Shown here piece after piece: positions 62,901 to 64,000 of a stretch of DNA of 64,000 bases. Source of the stretch: Halocafeteria seosinensis (Eukaryota); contig LVLI01000278.1 of NCBI GenBank assembly GCA_001687465.1, forward strand, positions 124,001-188,000, in the 5' to 3' direction. How positions within the stretch are numbered: position 1 is the first letter of the stretch; the number at the start of each line of letters is the position of its first letter. The notes under the pieces were generated by a model. That model ran no database searches. It saw only the letters and a program-made list of their open reading frames with translations, and had not been told where the DNA came from. Both the position numbers and the translations under genes were made by a program.

Positions 62901-62940
62901 CCGACAAGAGTAGCGTAAATACGATAAAAAGCCATTGCAT
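53918..62940 (-). CDS. Giant cell-surface receptor-like protein: signal peptide - ~13 LRRs - Ser/Thr mucin stalk - beta-rich (Ig/filamin-like) region - Cys-rich repeats - multi-pass (~7+) TM domain
   Basis: ATG 62940 gives MQWLFIVFTLLLSGSLRVQ. A series of small phase-2 exons each encodes LxxLxLxxNxL and splices in frame to the 6.9-kb terminal exon (NLGGNP cap). C-terminus has CIPCSAGFYS, CASCP, GFW, CREGYHGVLCEQC, YIDYLQII, FVFGFP, YLWPTIVIIRKIFL and SPY. Confidence 0.85.
59450..60740 (-). repeat. Five tandem Ser/Thr/Pro-rich coding repeats (84-88 aa)
   Basis: The anchor ctatgcgagc(c/t)ggtcg or a close variant recurs at 60669, 60417, 60153, 59889 and 59634. Spacings are 252, 264, 264 and 255 nt, all multiples of 3. 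Confidence 0.9.
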
Positions 62941-64000
62941 CTCTGTACAGCTGGAAAACCTTCTATACGCAATGTATAGTCATTGGAAGGAGATGCGGCG
63001 GCCGGCCGCTGCGGGCGCAGGGAAGCACGCGCGTTCAAGTACAAGCTCAGTGCTATCGAGAAGGTCTCTGCTGGTTTTTAGCGTGTTACGTGATGACAAG
63101 TAAATGAGCTGCGGAAAATTTGGTCAACCCCTCCCACATCATATATACTGCGAGTAGGAGCAAACCCCCAGTCCTCTTCTGGTCGGAGTTCCGGTTGATA
63201 GCCAGTGCGCTGGACGGCATTTGTTCCTGGTTGGCGTATCAAGCCCTCGAAGGCGAATTGACGAACGCCGTCAGTATTACCAGGTATCTGAACCTTCTAA
63301 TGGGCAGGTATCAGCGAGCGCTGAAGCAGGAGAATATAACAGAACGGCCGGTTACGCTATAACCCGAGGTCGCAACCCAAGCCGCTCCTGTGCGGGATGT
63401 ATAAGGTGGAAGGAATCCAAGAGCCTCTGAGTAAGAGGAGTCAGTTCCATTCCTCAGTGTCAACTCCGAACCCATGAGAAGGTATAAATGGAATGGTTGC
63501 TACAACTCATGGGAGCTCCATCATAGACTGTCAATGGAAGCTAAATTGGCTCACGTGCACTCGAAACTACCATACCATTTGTGTGTATTGGTACTGCTCC
63601 TACCGGAGGCACTCTAAGCCATATGGTAGTAGTTGTACAATTCGTGAAATGGTGTGGTGGTGTGGGATTAATCTGGTCCAAAACTGGCAAATTTACCTGG
63701 GTGTAGTGGATCTTCCGAAACTCCCGTTATCCGTTGCTCGAAAGCAGCTTTCACTCATCACCGCATGGATCCGGCCGTTGTGTTACATACGAAATACAGT
63801 GTCGTAGACCGGGCCGGTCTGACCGGCAAATATGGCTGTACAACATTAACATTTTTTCAGTAATCAGTGCTATGTCTTTCGGCATCGGATGTCCAAGCTT
63901 CCAATGCGCCAAAGCGTTGATCAGATGGGGGAGTCTCAGACACTGTCGAAATCCCTTCACGGGGGGCTCCATCATTCTCAGGAGCTATTTGGGCACGATA

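Noticed and set aside
63000..64000. Short ORFs at the right edge
   Set aside because: No recognisable domain, transposon motif or coherent exon chain.
1..64000. Alternative genetic code or stop readthrough to explain fragmented ORFs
   Set aside because: The breaks I traced are explained by canonical GT-AG introns. Long intronless ORFs use the standard code, and TAA, TAG and TGA all act as stops.

Overview
This window is eukaryotic, not prokaryotic. It is a compact, gene-dense region with many short (about 45-85 nt) GT-AG introns, so the ORF track splits most genes into fragments. The actin N-terminus ([17 protein letters not shown]), two ciliary genes (CEP104, an ODA docking-complex-like protein) and an FKBP-TPR-cyclophilin fusion point to a flagellated protist, most likely a stramenopile (inference). 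By manual splicing I reconstruct, in order: cathepsin D-like aspartic protease, tRNA-Arg(CCG), COG6, ODA-DC2/CCDC114-like protein with a huge disordered tail, RluA-type pseudouridine synthase, HSF-type transcription factor, CEP104, ZNF511-like, NDUFAF7, a hypothetical protein, actin plus a divergent tandem actin, a GH63/MGH1-like glycosidase, MTHFR, three tandem GT2-TPR glycosyltransferases, an FCBP immunophilin, a Ubl + Parkin-RING0-like protein, an ENT transporter, an RI-type LRR protein with a decayed duplicate, and a giant LRR-mucin-Cys-rich-multi-TM receptor. The most unusual observations: (1) MTHFR spliced in frame to a ~570-aa tail of novel ~58-aa KRVSYGLKGF repeats; (2) a Parkin-like Ubl-RING0 protein with no room for the catalytic RBR module; (3) signal-peptide-bearing bacterial-type GT2-TPR triplets; (4) a one-LRR-per-exon receptor with a duplicated exon cassette; (5) a 6-nt microexon inside an HSF recognition helix. 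All gene models are hand-spliced and family calls rest on remembered motifs; no searches were run.
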